This document shows positions 40,490 to 51,746 of a stretch of 64,000 nucleotides of DNA, one piece after another. The notes below the pieces were generated by a model. It saw only the letters and a list, made by a program, of their open reading frames with translations. It had not been told where the DNA came from and made no database searches. Numbering within the stretch: the stretch's first letter is position 1; every line of letters starts with the position of its first letter. The DNA comes from Pseudovirgaria hyperparasitica (Eukaryota): NCBI GenBank assembly GCA_010093815.1, contig ML996578.1; one strand, given 5' to 3'. The position numbers and the translations under genes were made by a program.

Positions 40490-41233
40490 TTACCTGACAG
40501 CGGCAATCACCATATCATAATATTGCTCTCCGACAGTCATCAGTAGGACAGCATCTAGCCTTGGGTCCGCTCCGACCCTCTCAATAAGTTCGCGGCTTCC
40601 ACGGACCCTTGCTACGTGTTCGTCAGCCGTAGGGATCAAGGGGTCGCAGAGTCGGACTGCACAATGAGCCACGATGCACGCGCGACCAAGACAGAGAGCA
40701 AGGCCAATGTCGAGGACCTCCCAGGTTTGCTCCATGGTGTCCAGATCAACACTGAAAAGCCCGAAAGGCTGCCTCTTCCCAGCCTGTATGTCCGCCCCTA
40801 GCTTAGGCAGCACATCCTGAGCCCTGCCGACAATGAGTTCGACTCGATCCAGGAGTCCAGCAGCCAGGAGATTCTGCTGTGCTATCTCCGCGAGGTGCTT
40901 GTCCATCTCGATCGTCGTGACTTTGATATTTTCATGTGCTGCGGCACACCAGATAGCGCTGTGCCCGCCAAATGTGCCTACCTCGAGGACATGCTGCACT
41001 GCTAGCATGCGGCACTGTAGCATCAGGAATTTGCCCTGCGAGGGAATGGCTGTCCAATTGGGAACCTTGTGCAATTTGCAATTATCCAGGGCGAACTTAA
41101 GCTGATCGTTCAGCCTAGGGCTTTGGGAATTGAGGTGATGGGTGGCATACTCCTCAATCGCACAATGATGAGGCTGTTGACTTCTGTCTAGCACATGATG
41201 CGTTTTCTGTGTCTCCGTCGGGTCCTCTGCCAT
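40490..41233 (-). CDS. SAM-dependent O-methyltransferase, COMT/CCoAOMT-like (family 3); single exon
   Basis: QGKFLMLQCRM, VLEVGTFGGHSAIW SAM motif, VTTIEMD, RVELIVGRA. Confidence 0.88.
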   Translation of the reverse strand: MAEDPTETQKTHHVLDRSQQPHHCAIEEYATHHLNSQSPRLNDQLKFALDNCKLHKVPNWTAIPSQGKFLMLQCRMLAVQHVLEVGTFGGHSAIWCAAAHENIKVTTIEMDKHLAEIAQQNLLAAGLLDRVELIVGRAQDVLPKLGADIQAGKRQPFGLFSVDLDTMEQTWEVLDIGLALCLGRACIVAHCAVRLCDPLIPTADEHVARVRGSRELIERVGADPRLDAVLLMTVGEQYYDMVIAAVR

Positions 41234-41698
41234 TGCTGTTGGTTAGCTGATGTGTTGTTTTTATAACTGTTGTTCTAATGGTGAATACGGCTGTGACCGT
41301 CTCGACGAGGAAACAATTTAACTTCTGCTTCTCGTGGCGCTGTCCTGCAGGCTCTATCAGTCATATATACCTCTTTTTAGTATGCATTGGAAAGGGATAG
41401 ATGGATTTTTGCCAACGAACGTTGATGCATGGTCATATGGAAGCGTGACTGACCAATGGCAGGATCTATACAGAGTCACTGAAAGCATAGAGGGCATGGA
41501 GTATGAATGAATTGACAGTAATATGGTAGGATTTAGTGTGCACAGCAGCACCCTAGTCTGTCTGCGGCCTCCGGTCCACAAGCAGTAAACAGAACCTCGC
41601 TAAATCATGCATGCCGCGCCTAGGGAATCCATCTCTACCAGAAGTCATCAAGTCGTAAGTATCGTAAGAATGGAAAAAGGAAAGGTCACCATAGTAAT

Positions 41699-44600
41699 TC
41701 AAACCCTTTCTCCTTTGGGTCCCTTCTGAATCAATCTCGCTTTCAGATCTTCAACTGCATCGCCCCAGGCACACATCTCCCCCAGCGCCTTCAGCTTGTC
41801 GCCAACCTTAGATCCTACGAAATCGGTCATCGTGTTCTCCTTATATCTCTCGCCATAAATCACATCTGCTTTAACATTCACAGTGCTTTCGAATATGGTC
41901 TCGTTCGCACTGACCCCGACTTCGAACGTGACGCGGACTTTAGTGCGTAGGGAACCCAGCACAAGCATCACAGAAACTGCAGTATGCTCATCAGACAAGA
42001 TGCTCTCTTCACAGATACCAACCACCTCCAGACTCCGGACCCCTTCTGACAGAGCCAAAGCCATCTGCCAACCGGTCTTGATAGTGGTAAGTAGACTAGG
42101 GATAGATGTGGAGCTTTGGGTAATCGAGTGGAGATGAGCGCGGAGCAATTGTAAGAAAAATCGTTTGCTAGTTGTAAGAGGTCGTGGAGATGGAGTCGAG
42201 TCGCCGATGTATGTTAGTGACATTGAGGAAGCTTGACTATGATCGGCATGAGGCGAGAAAGCAAGTGGATGGAAATAGAGCTCAAGGTCTGAGGCATAAG
42301 TCATTGTCAATGTTGGTGCAGGGACAGTGTTGGCAGAGGTGATAGACCATCCATACTTTGTCTCGAGCGCGGAAACCCTGTCTTTAAACTCATGTCAGCT
42401 CAAATTGTTTGCGAAGATGTTTAGGGACTTACTTTTGAGTGCGTTCACTTCACTCGCAGACCAGCCGCGGCATTCTTCACGTACACGTTCTGCTTCTTGA
42501 ATTTCACTCAAGCAATCAACCTTGCGTTCTTTTACAGCATCAATAGTTGCTTCCGTCTGCATTTGCGCTTCCTGTAATTGGAACAACATACGCCTTTTCT
42601 GCTCAAGTTCGGACTCTACAGCCACTAGTCTGTCACGCGTCGCATCAAGTTCCTCCTTGTCGCAGCTCAATAGCTCATCAGCCCGCTGCTGAAGTTGCTG
42701 CTCCTCTGTACGTAGCTTCTTGTAGCGAATAGACAGTGTAGGCATAGTGGAATCGAGTATTTCTTCTTGCTTCTGCAAGACTGCGTCATCTAGATCTAGC
42801 TCCCTACTAGTCTTGAGGAGAGCAGTCTTGAGATCGCGCAGCAGACTACTTCGCCAATTGTACCAGACTTCCTTGCTGTTGAGTCTAGAAAAAGTCTTCA
42901 TGTTCTTGAGCTGATTGCTCATGACGTAGCGTTGATCTGGAGGAGCAGACAGGAACTCTTTGAATAGGGGCGGGGTCTCCTCATCTACACTGGCTTCAAT
43001 GCCGTTTACTATGTCCTTGCCTTGGGAAATGTGCTGCTTGAGTTGATAGCATGCATGCTGGTACATCTCATATTCAGGGGCCGTGCACGCGGCAGCGACG
43101 ACACAGCTCGCGAGGCTAGGTTTTTCATCCTGATCTCCAAGATCACGACTTGTCCTCTTATTTAGAAATGCGGATGGAGCTGCGGTATGGCGTCGCTTCG
43201 TTGTCGTAAGATCCATGAACTTAATATTGGTCATATCGAGGAAATCCTGGAGCTGGATTCGCTCCGGTTCTGGCTGTTTAGCAGTATCGACAGAGCTGTT
43301 ATCTTGAGGTCCGTGAGGATCCTGATCTTCCAAGATTTCGAATCGTGCCTGCTTGCTTGGACTAATGCTTTTCCTCGGTGTCCGCTTGTTTGGGGTAGGA
43401 GCCCTTGATCGCGCTGCATTTTCCGTCTGAGCGAATGACTTCCTCGGTGTTGCACGCTTGGCAGGGGATGGTTGAGCCTGCTTCCTTGGAGTAGACAATG
43501 CTTTCATAGAATTGAAGAGAGCTGCGGTGCTCCTCAACGTTGGCTCCTCTGAGAACTCCTCTGAAGCACTTGAATCTTCCGCCTCTACACTGAGCGTAGA
43601 CGGTTTTGGTATTTTCCTTGTTGGCGATGGAGTCTTCTCAGAGCCAACTGAGTCGGCACCGAAACGTACTGTCTTTGGTGTCGGAGTTGATGTGTCCTTG
43701 TCTTTAGCTTCAGAAAAGTCACCAAAGGCTACCAAAACATCTAGCTTGGTTGGATCATTCTTCAAATCGTCTGACGTAGTCGGAGGTAAGCTGAGCAAAC
43801 TTTTCCTGGCAGTTCGCCGTGGAGACTGCTGTGCTTTGTTAGAGTGAGACTTAGTGGGCGAGCCCAAGCTTGCCCGGGATCGGCCAGGGCTTCTCTTCGT
43901 CACATTGGTCGAAATGTGGGACTCAACAGTGGATGTTTTAGCAGGACTCTTGACTGGAGTTACAGGCTTCGGAGACGCCTTTATAATCTCTCCCAGAACA
44001 GCAGTCAACTCCATGGACAATTCCTCGTTGTCGTCTCCACTCTCATTGCCCAGCTTATCATCGTGTTCTTGGGCCATCGTCGGTTTAATTCCACCGCCAA
44101 CCACCATTGTAAAGTCCATGGTCTCATCTACAAGAGACGTATTGATGCTACTGCGTCTGTCTTCCAAGCCTTTGAGCGAGCCAGGCTGCTGTATACCGCC
44201 TAGCGCCATAGTGAATTCCATTGTTTCGTCTTCAACAATAGAAGTGTCCGCGGGAGATGATCGGATTCTTAAGCTACTACGTCGAGATTGTTTGTTAGCC
44301 GGACTACCTTCTTCTGTGGCACCCTGATGAGGAAGAGCGGATGAGCGACGCCGTTTCAGTGATGCTCTCCGATTAGGCTGGGGGTGTGGCTCTGGCTTTT
44401 GGATACACCCTATTGCGGTAGTGAACTCCATCGTTGCGTCTCCGTCATCCGAGACCAGGTCGTTTTCTGATCGGATAATACCGCCGATGGCACGAGTGAT
44501 GTCCATGCTCATGTCCTCCGCGTCGCCACTGGGCATCTCCTCGACCTTGCCAGTCAATCTATGCCGAGACCGATCGCTACTGTCTGTGGGAAACGGATTC

Positions 44601-45597
44601 ACGTTCTCTTGATCGAACTTAGCCGTCGTGTCCTTCGACGGATTCAGTGTTCCAGCTGACTTTTGACACCAAGGCTTGAAAGCAGCTGTGACTTCATCAC
44701 CAGCTATTTCCATTGACATGTCTCCGTTCTCGTCAAAATCTAGTCTTTGTGTTCCGGCATAGGTGCTTGCTTGTTTCAAAGCGGCATCAAGCCGTGCACT
44801 TGAGCCTGTAGATTCTCCAGAGCAGCTGCCAATTGATGCAGACGTGTTCTCTTCCCCTTCAATAAAAGCTGTCGGTGCCTGCACGTCGGCGTCTTCTTCT
44901 TCGTCCCCGCTGTACGAGCTCTCGTCCATTGGGCTGGAAGAAAAGACGTCTTCCGGATTGTTGAAGTCTAATGGTGGTATTCCCGAGCTTCTTCGTCGTT
45001 TCTTCTGATGAGCATCGCGTTGATTTCCAGGTGACTCTTTTATGATAGGCTCGTCTAATTGCTCTTGGGGTGTAGATGGTGGCTCCACGTCAGAGAGTTG
45101 CGCTGCCGCATTTTCCTGCGGTGAGCGATTAGGCGCTGCAGAGTTCCGTCGGGTCGAACTCGAGGATGAGGAGGAATTGGTCGCGTTTTCGATGTACTCT
45201 ATCACGTCCCATGTATGTAGAGTAGCTTCTGGCGCAAAAGAGACGCGTCGATTCGCTGTGAATCCATTTAGTAAACTATTCATAGGTTTACTTCTACTAA
45301 TATAGACGTACCGAGAGACTTGCGCCTGGCCTCACGACGTTTCTTCTCATCTTCCTTGCTGGGGAGAATGCCACTTGGGATGAACGCAGACTGTGACTGT
45401 GATCAACGTAGGTTCCATGAACACCAGAGTCAGTATACCTTGCGCCTATTCCCTGTATTATCCTTGAGTGGTGCATCATTCAAGCCTCCTGGTCCGATAC
45501 TCTTGCTGCGCGTCTTGCGACCACTTGCTTTCTTGAGCGGCGATAAACCCGATTGCGAAACTTGAATACCCTCGGCGATATTCTCTTTGTCATCCAT
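41699..45597 (-). CDS. spc105: Kinetochore scaffold Spc105/Spc7/KNL1; 4 exons
   Basis: N-terminal DKEN, RRVSFAPEATLHTW PP1-binding motif, several MELT-like repeats (MDIT, MEFT, MDFT, MELT), IQLQDFLDMTNIKF Spc7 domain, coiled coil. Confidence 0.95.
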
Positions 45598-45900
45598 AAT
45601 GGAAGGACCTAAAGCACCACGGTATTTGGTCAGGTCTGGTGTGGGCGTCTAATGTCGAAACTTGCATAACACCTAGGTAGTCTTGAGTGGTGGAGGTGTT
45701 GTGATTGTCAACCATGTAAACAACAGTCGATCAACCGAGAATCCCCCGATGGAGCTTGATGCGAGGCAAGAACGGCATCTAAGCGAGATGGTCCGTGCCA
45801 CACACCACAGAAGATTTCGTGACCACAAGCGAACTCCAGGAACTTCAACGACACACGCCGCCACGCCAACTTTCGACCTCGACATCTCACGCCCGCAACC

Positions 45901-46667
45901 ATGGCGACCGAACTTACTGTCCAGAGCGAGCGCGCTTTCCAGAAGCAACCCCACATCTTCCTGAACTCCAAAGTTCAGTCAGGCAAGAGCAAGCGTATCG
46001 GCAAGGGTGGGCGACGATGGTACAAAGACGTCGGCCTGGGCTTCAGGACCCCGAAGACCGCCATTGAAGGCTCGTACATCGGTATGTAGCCCAGCTTCAG
46101 ACCTTTCTGGATACTCGATTGCGTTTGCATTGAAGATCGCGAAGATGGCGGAGCACTTTTGAACTGCAACACACCATCTGTTATAACATCATGCGCAACC
46201 ATATACGGTGCTTCGCACGTATCACACTGCTACCTGGGTCAACGAGGGAAATATACGTGCTAATTCTGGTGTTTGATAGACAAGAAGTGCCCCTTCACTG
46301 GAATGGTCTCTATCCGCGGACGTATTCTCACCGGAACCGTTGTATCTACGAAGATGCATCGTACTCTCATCATTCGCCGCGAATATCTTCACTTTATTCC
46401 CAAATACGCTCGTTACGAGAGACGTCACAAGAACCTTGCTGCGCACGTATCACCTGCTTTCCGTGTCGAGGATGGCGACCAGGTCACCGTTGGACAATGC
46501 AGACCATTGAGCAAAACTGTATGTTAAAACACCATCTGCTATCGTGGTTATATGACGGCTACTACCACCATATGCGGAGTCACTAACATGACTGGCAGGT
46601 CCGCTTTAACGTTCTTCGCGTATTGCCCCGTACTGGAAAGGCTGTCAAGCAGTTCAAGAAATTCTAA
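45901..46667 (+). CDS. rps11: 40S ribosomal protein S11 (uS17); 3 exons
   Basis: [43 protein letters not shown]. Confidence 0.98.
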
Positions 46668-47296
46668 GCATGATTCTCTGGGGTTTGGTTTCTACATGGG
46701 ACAGTGTGGGCATGCATGACAGTATGCTGGAAAAGCATCATGTAGCTTAGCAAAAATATATTGCGCATGGGCTGCAAATGTCAATTCTTCTCAACACTCG
46801 AAAATACGGTAGACGAGGTGCAACACAACGGGGATGCTCATTTTTATCTGGAGTACGATGCCCTGCTACATGTCCGCAATGTTTCAATATACAGGTTTCC
46901 CTCGCTTATTAAAGTTGAATTCCTGCTGAGATTTAGGTAGGCTGGTCACGTCTCGTAGTATGAGTAGCGGCTAGAGTTTAGAAATTCATGATGTTTTGGA
47001 GGTTTCTAAGGTTATTCATTGCACGTGCCGAGGTTTCGAAACTCAGAAATGGCATTAGTACCGGAATAACAGCGTCACGGGTTAATTGAACAGACATATT
47101 CTGACCTGTATCTTATCAATTCGAGATACAGAGCGAACATGGCCAGCATGACCATCCCTCTTTTGGTATAGTGTACGCGCTAAGATGTGATTATGATTAT
47201 CCATAGTAGGTATTAGGTAAGGTATCTCATTCTCAATCTCTTAGATCCTTCATCAAACATTATATCAAATTCACCCAACAACAAACTGCAACATTC

Positions 47297-50200
47297 ATGG
47301 CACGTCGAGATATCATTGACTTGACGAATGATGATAAAACGAGTGTCACCTCGGATGAAGGCAGATTACCTCACAGGCTGTCCCGACGAGCACATCGTGC
47401 AAGTCAAAGTAGAGACCCGCCGCTCGCATCAGTATCCACAACTCCGAAGCGCAAAAGGAAGGCACATCAATTACATGATCACTTAACCATATCTAGTGGT
47501 GATGACACGAAGATCGTGTCTGCGGATGACAGTCGACCAGCATCGGGAGTGCCCACTCGTGTTAAATCGCATGAGTTGCAGCCTGCTCGGAAAAAAACCC
47601 GCACGCCGTCTGACCAGCCCAGCCCGACTAAAGGTCAAGACCTAGCAGCGAGTACTAAGAGACAACCTGGGCTCACCACGACGCTACATGAAAGCATAAA
47701 CAGTGCGAAGACTTCTAATCGCAGAATTGGCGTTGTAAGCAATGAAACAGTCCTGGAGAATGATGCAGCACCGATTGCCAGCACAGACTCATCAACACGC
47801 CTCAGGGATGCTACAGTGAATCGTTCAAAGGTTTCAGAGGCCGAGGAAGTAGGTATAGCCAGAATCGACACGGTAAACCCCTCCAAGCACCTCCGGAACG
47901 CTGTTGCGAATCCTCTAAGAGTCTCGGAGGCTGCGGCCGCTCGGTTAGCTGATACTGCAATGGTATACTCATCAAGACTTATCAACTACGATGACCGGAT
48001 CAGTCACAAGACATCCATCCTGAGCGGAGAAGGAGGCCCCAGGGTCGTGGAGGAGGATGCAACAAGTCCCAAGGAAGTGACCCAAGTGAGGAGCTTTGAT
48101 GCTGTTGACACGGCCAACGCAGATTCGAACCAGGGTGCCCATGAAGTAGAGTCTACTGAGCAAAGACGTACCGTACCAATAGTAAACCGTAATCATAAAT
48201 CCTTTGATCAACATTCTGAATGGTTCGAGCTGATGACAATCAGACACAGACAGGGGCGTGGAAGAAGAGGCAGTTTCTGAGATTGTGCGGCGCCATGTTC
48301 AAAAGTGTCTCAAAGACCGAGAGGCACAACTTTCGGTAAGTCAGTGACTGCTCTGCAATGATGAGTCGTCTCGTCTGACGTGAATAAAAGTCCCTACTCG
48401 AGCACCAACGAAAAGCCATCAAACGATGCAATGATAGATGGGTCGATAAAGAAAACCCCTTTCTAAAGCTGATACTTGCTAGCCGATCATCGGCAAATAT
48501 CGAAAATTCGAAGGTCACCAGCTTTGTGCATAAATCCTGCGATCAAAAACGTGTACCTCACCATGGCATTCCCAGCATGATTTCTGAGATCAGGCCTAGT
48601 GGCACGCCAAAGTACTCTCACTATACCGAGATATCAAGCAACATTCTAGCTGAGAATAAACATGCTTTACTCAGCATCCCTTTTTTCGAAAACGATGAGC
48701 AGACGGATGAAGTGCAGAATGAGTTGACTAAACAGCTACCAGTACTCAACCGCGACAGGGACTCGCGTAACATCTCAAAAGGTCGGGGAATAACATGGTC
48801 TCGTTATGCGGAAGATATATTACGAGAGTCGCAGTGTTCTTGGTCCGACGTGCTGCGATATTTTAAAGAGCCAAATCTACTAGAGAGCTTCAGTGATCTA
48901 CCCACAATGGTGGGTGTGAAAGTCAGAGATCGAAACATCTATGCTCCACCAACTGAATTACACATCGGGGAGATCGACTCGACCTGGGAAGACCTGCTCA
49001 ATGACAAGGTACCTGAGATGACCAAGCAAAGTCTAGTCACAGCAGCTCTTGTAAGCGCCGCTTTCTGGAAAGAGACAAAATTCAGCTTGTTTGAACTAGC
49101 ACGCCAATGGTTCATAGACTGGTCAACACGTGAGGACTTAGCGAACAAAAAAGTTCCCAAGGAGGACCTCCTTTGCGAAATCTGCAAGATGTAGGTGATA
49201 TGATTCAGCTACTGAAAGTTGACTAACTCGTGCACGTCAAGACATGACTGCCCATATCACGGCGTTTACGAAGACGGCGATATCCTCGACAACAAACTAG
49301 ACTGCGATGAGGAGATCTTGCTCAAACCTGGACAGCACAACCAGCGATTCAGATTCACGGCTCTTAAGAAGCCCCCTCTAGAGCAAGGAGTCCCGGCATT
49401 GAGCTCACGTGGCTGGGCAGTTCGCTGGATGGAACAGGGTACTGGACGGCCGAAGCCGAAGATGGGAAATGCACACGAACCCCAGCAGACGCAGATATTC
49501 AGACCCTGTGACCATGATGGGCCGTGTGAGACTGCGGCGGAGTGCTCGTGTTTCGAGTTGAAGATTCCTTGCGAGAAGACTTGCGGATGCAACGCGCAGT
49601 GTCTACGCCGGTTCCCTGGGTGCGACTGTAAACGCGAAGGAAGGCCCTGCTTGCACGTCGACATCGCCACTCAGCGCCGCACAGTCTGCCTGTGTCTACA
49701 ATTGAATCGTGAGTGTGATCCTGACACATGCGGAAGCTGTGGTGTTCGAGAAGTCTTGGACCCAGTCAACCGTCATTGCGAGCTTCCACCACCGGTATGT
49801 GGGAATTGTGCTATTCAGCGACGTATGCGGAAGCACACGTTAATAGGGAACTCGGATGTCGAAGGATTTGGTCTCTTTGCTGTTGAGGAGATCAAGAAGG
49901 ATGAGCTCATCGGAGAATACACCGGAGAACTGATAACCATTGACGAATTTGACAGACGGTTCCAGGTCACCGTCCACAGAAATTATTCCTACGGTTTCGA
50001 ACTACATAGAGGTGTGTTTCACGATTCTCCTGATCTGCTCTCGCTCCTAACACCGCTGTACTAGACATAGTCATCGACAGCACCCGCGCCGGTAACAAAA
50101 TGCGCTTCATCAACAGCGCCCAGTGGGACGACACCGACAAACCCAAGCACAAACACAAAGCCACCGCCAAACGCACCGCAAACTGTTACCCCAGAATCAA

Positions 50201-50675
50201 AGCCTGCAACACCGTCTGCCGCATCGGCATCTACGCGGCCCGCCCCATACACGTCCACGAAGAGCTGCTCTACAACTACGGCGGCAAATTCCACGGCGCC
50301 ACGCCGTCCAAAACCGTCTCTTCGGCCACGAAACGTGCCCGCTCCACCACTTCGAGCAGTGTCAACGACGACGACGACGATGATGATGATGATGATGAAG
50401 ATGGTGATGATGGCGATAGCAACGAAAATGGCAACTTGAATACCACCACAGCAAACCCCCAAAAAGTACGAGCCTACAAAACCGTACCCCCAACGCACTA
50501 CGACAACCCATCGGCGCCCTCGTCATCGTCATCATCCGAGTATCACGCGACCACCGAGGCCGAGTCACAAGCCACGGGCGATCACGGAGGGAGCGCGAGG
50601 GGTGAGGGTCGGAGAGCGCAGGGAAGATCGCGGGCACGAGCGAGGGCAGGAGCCAGTGGGACGGGTGCAAGATAA
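47297..50675 (+). CDS. kmt6: E(z)/EZH2-like H3K27 methyltransferase (KMT6/SET-7): CXC + SET domain; multi-exon
   Basis: CXC domain PCDHDGPC...CEKTCGC...FPGCDC...RECDPDTC...CGNCAIQ followed by SET motifs GFGLFA, GEYTGELI, GNKMRFIN, EELLYNYG. Confidence 0.85.
50365..50412 (+). repeat. (GAC)n(GAT)n trinucleotide tract encoding poly-Asp in the kmt6 tail
   Basis: gacgacgacgacgatgatgatgatgatgatgaagatggtgatgat. Confidence 0.85.
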
Positions 50676-50915
50676 TGATCCCCTGTCATAGCATCATAAA
50701 TCAACAACAACAAAAACAACAATAGCTACAAGGACATTGACTACGACAGCGTCGCAAGAGCCCCAAAGAAAATTCCTATGTCAGTGCTCCAGCCAATGAG
50801 TACGTGATACCGATCCTACCAACAACAATCAAGACCGTAGCCCAAAGTGCCTACATGTATAGCTACTATATTGTGACCAACTCGTGACATAAGTCAAAGT
50901 AGACTAGGTATGGAA

Positions 50916-50955
50916 GTTCGTATTTGACCATGCTCGTTCGTATTTGACCATGCTC
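50916..50955. repeat. Exact 20-bp tandem duplication
   Basis: GTTCGTATTTGACCATGCTC twice (50916-50935, 50936-50955). Confidence 0.9.
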
Positions 50956-51746
50956 ATGCTCTTCCTCGCACTTTGAAACCTGGCCGAACTTGATGAACAA
51001 GAAGCCAAAAATGGCAATACAAGGAAAACTGGCGAAGTTTTCGATCAGTGCGAATGAAGACTGTATATATATATATGTGTGTGTGTATGTGCATAAAGTA
51101 GCGAATCAATACACTCCATCTTGATACAGTATCACATATCCAGTGAAAGAGAAAAGAGGTTATAAACCGTATAGCCGTATGATTATAACGTCCAAGCAAA
51201 TAGTACATGCTTAGCAGATCAAGGACGCATAAATAGCCCTGGATATACACACACGATCCAGACAACCATACTAATACCCCTAATATCCAACACGTATATA
51301 TATATATAACTCATGCGTTCATTCATGCATCGCTTTCCATGCCACCGACTCGCTCATTTGACATTCAATCTTGAGTTGATATGTGAATCGTTATATATAT
51401 ATATGCAGAGGTATATACTTCCATACCATAGTCTTCATGTCAAGCTCATGGCTCAAAGCTCAAGTCTAGCTGGTCTAGCTACCTATCTAGTCGGATACTT
51501 CATTACTCTAATACCTCTTACAACTCTCATGAGTAAATGAAATAATACTAATAGGATAAGGGACGTGCGTGCGACCCGATACATACATACTTACCACATC
51601 ATGAGAAGCTCTCACGTCCACACGCCATATGACCATCATCCTAATCTACTTTTCGATCTACTCTTATCTACCTATCCATACCATCCTCTCCATCCCATTC
51701 ACAAACCCAACACCCCCTCCCAGTCGTCATCGTGACTTATATCAGA

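Noticed and set aside
28948..41698. Starship or other giant transposon as carrier of the island
   Set aside because: No DUF3435 tyrosine recombinase or terminal repeat signature seen in the window.
50916..50955. CRISPR-like or regulatory repeat array
   Set aside because: Only two adjacent copies with no spacer, in eukaryotic DNA; a simple slippage duplication.
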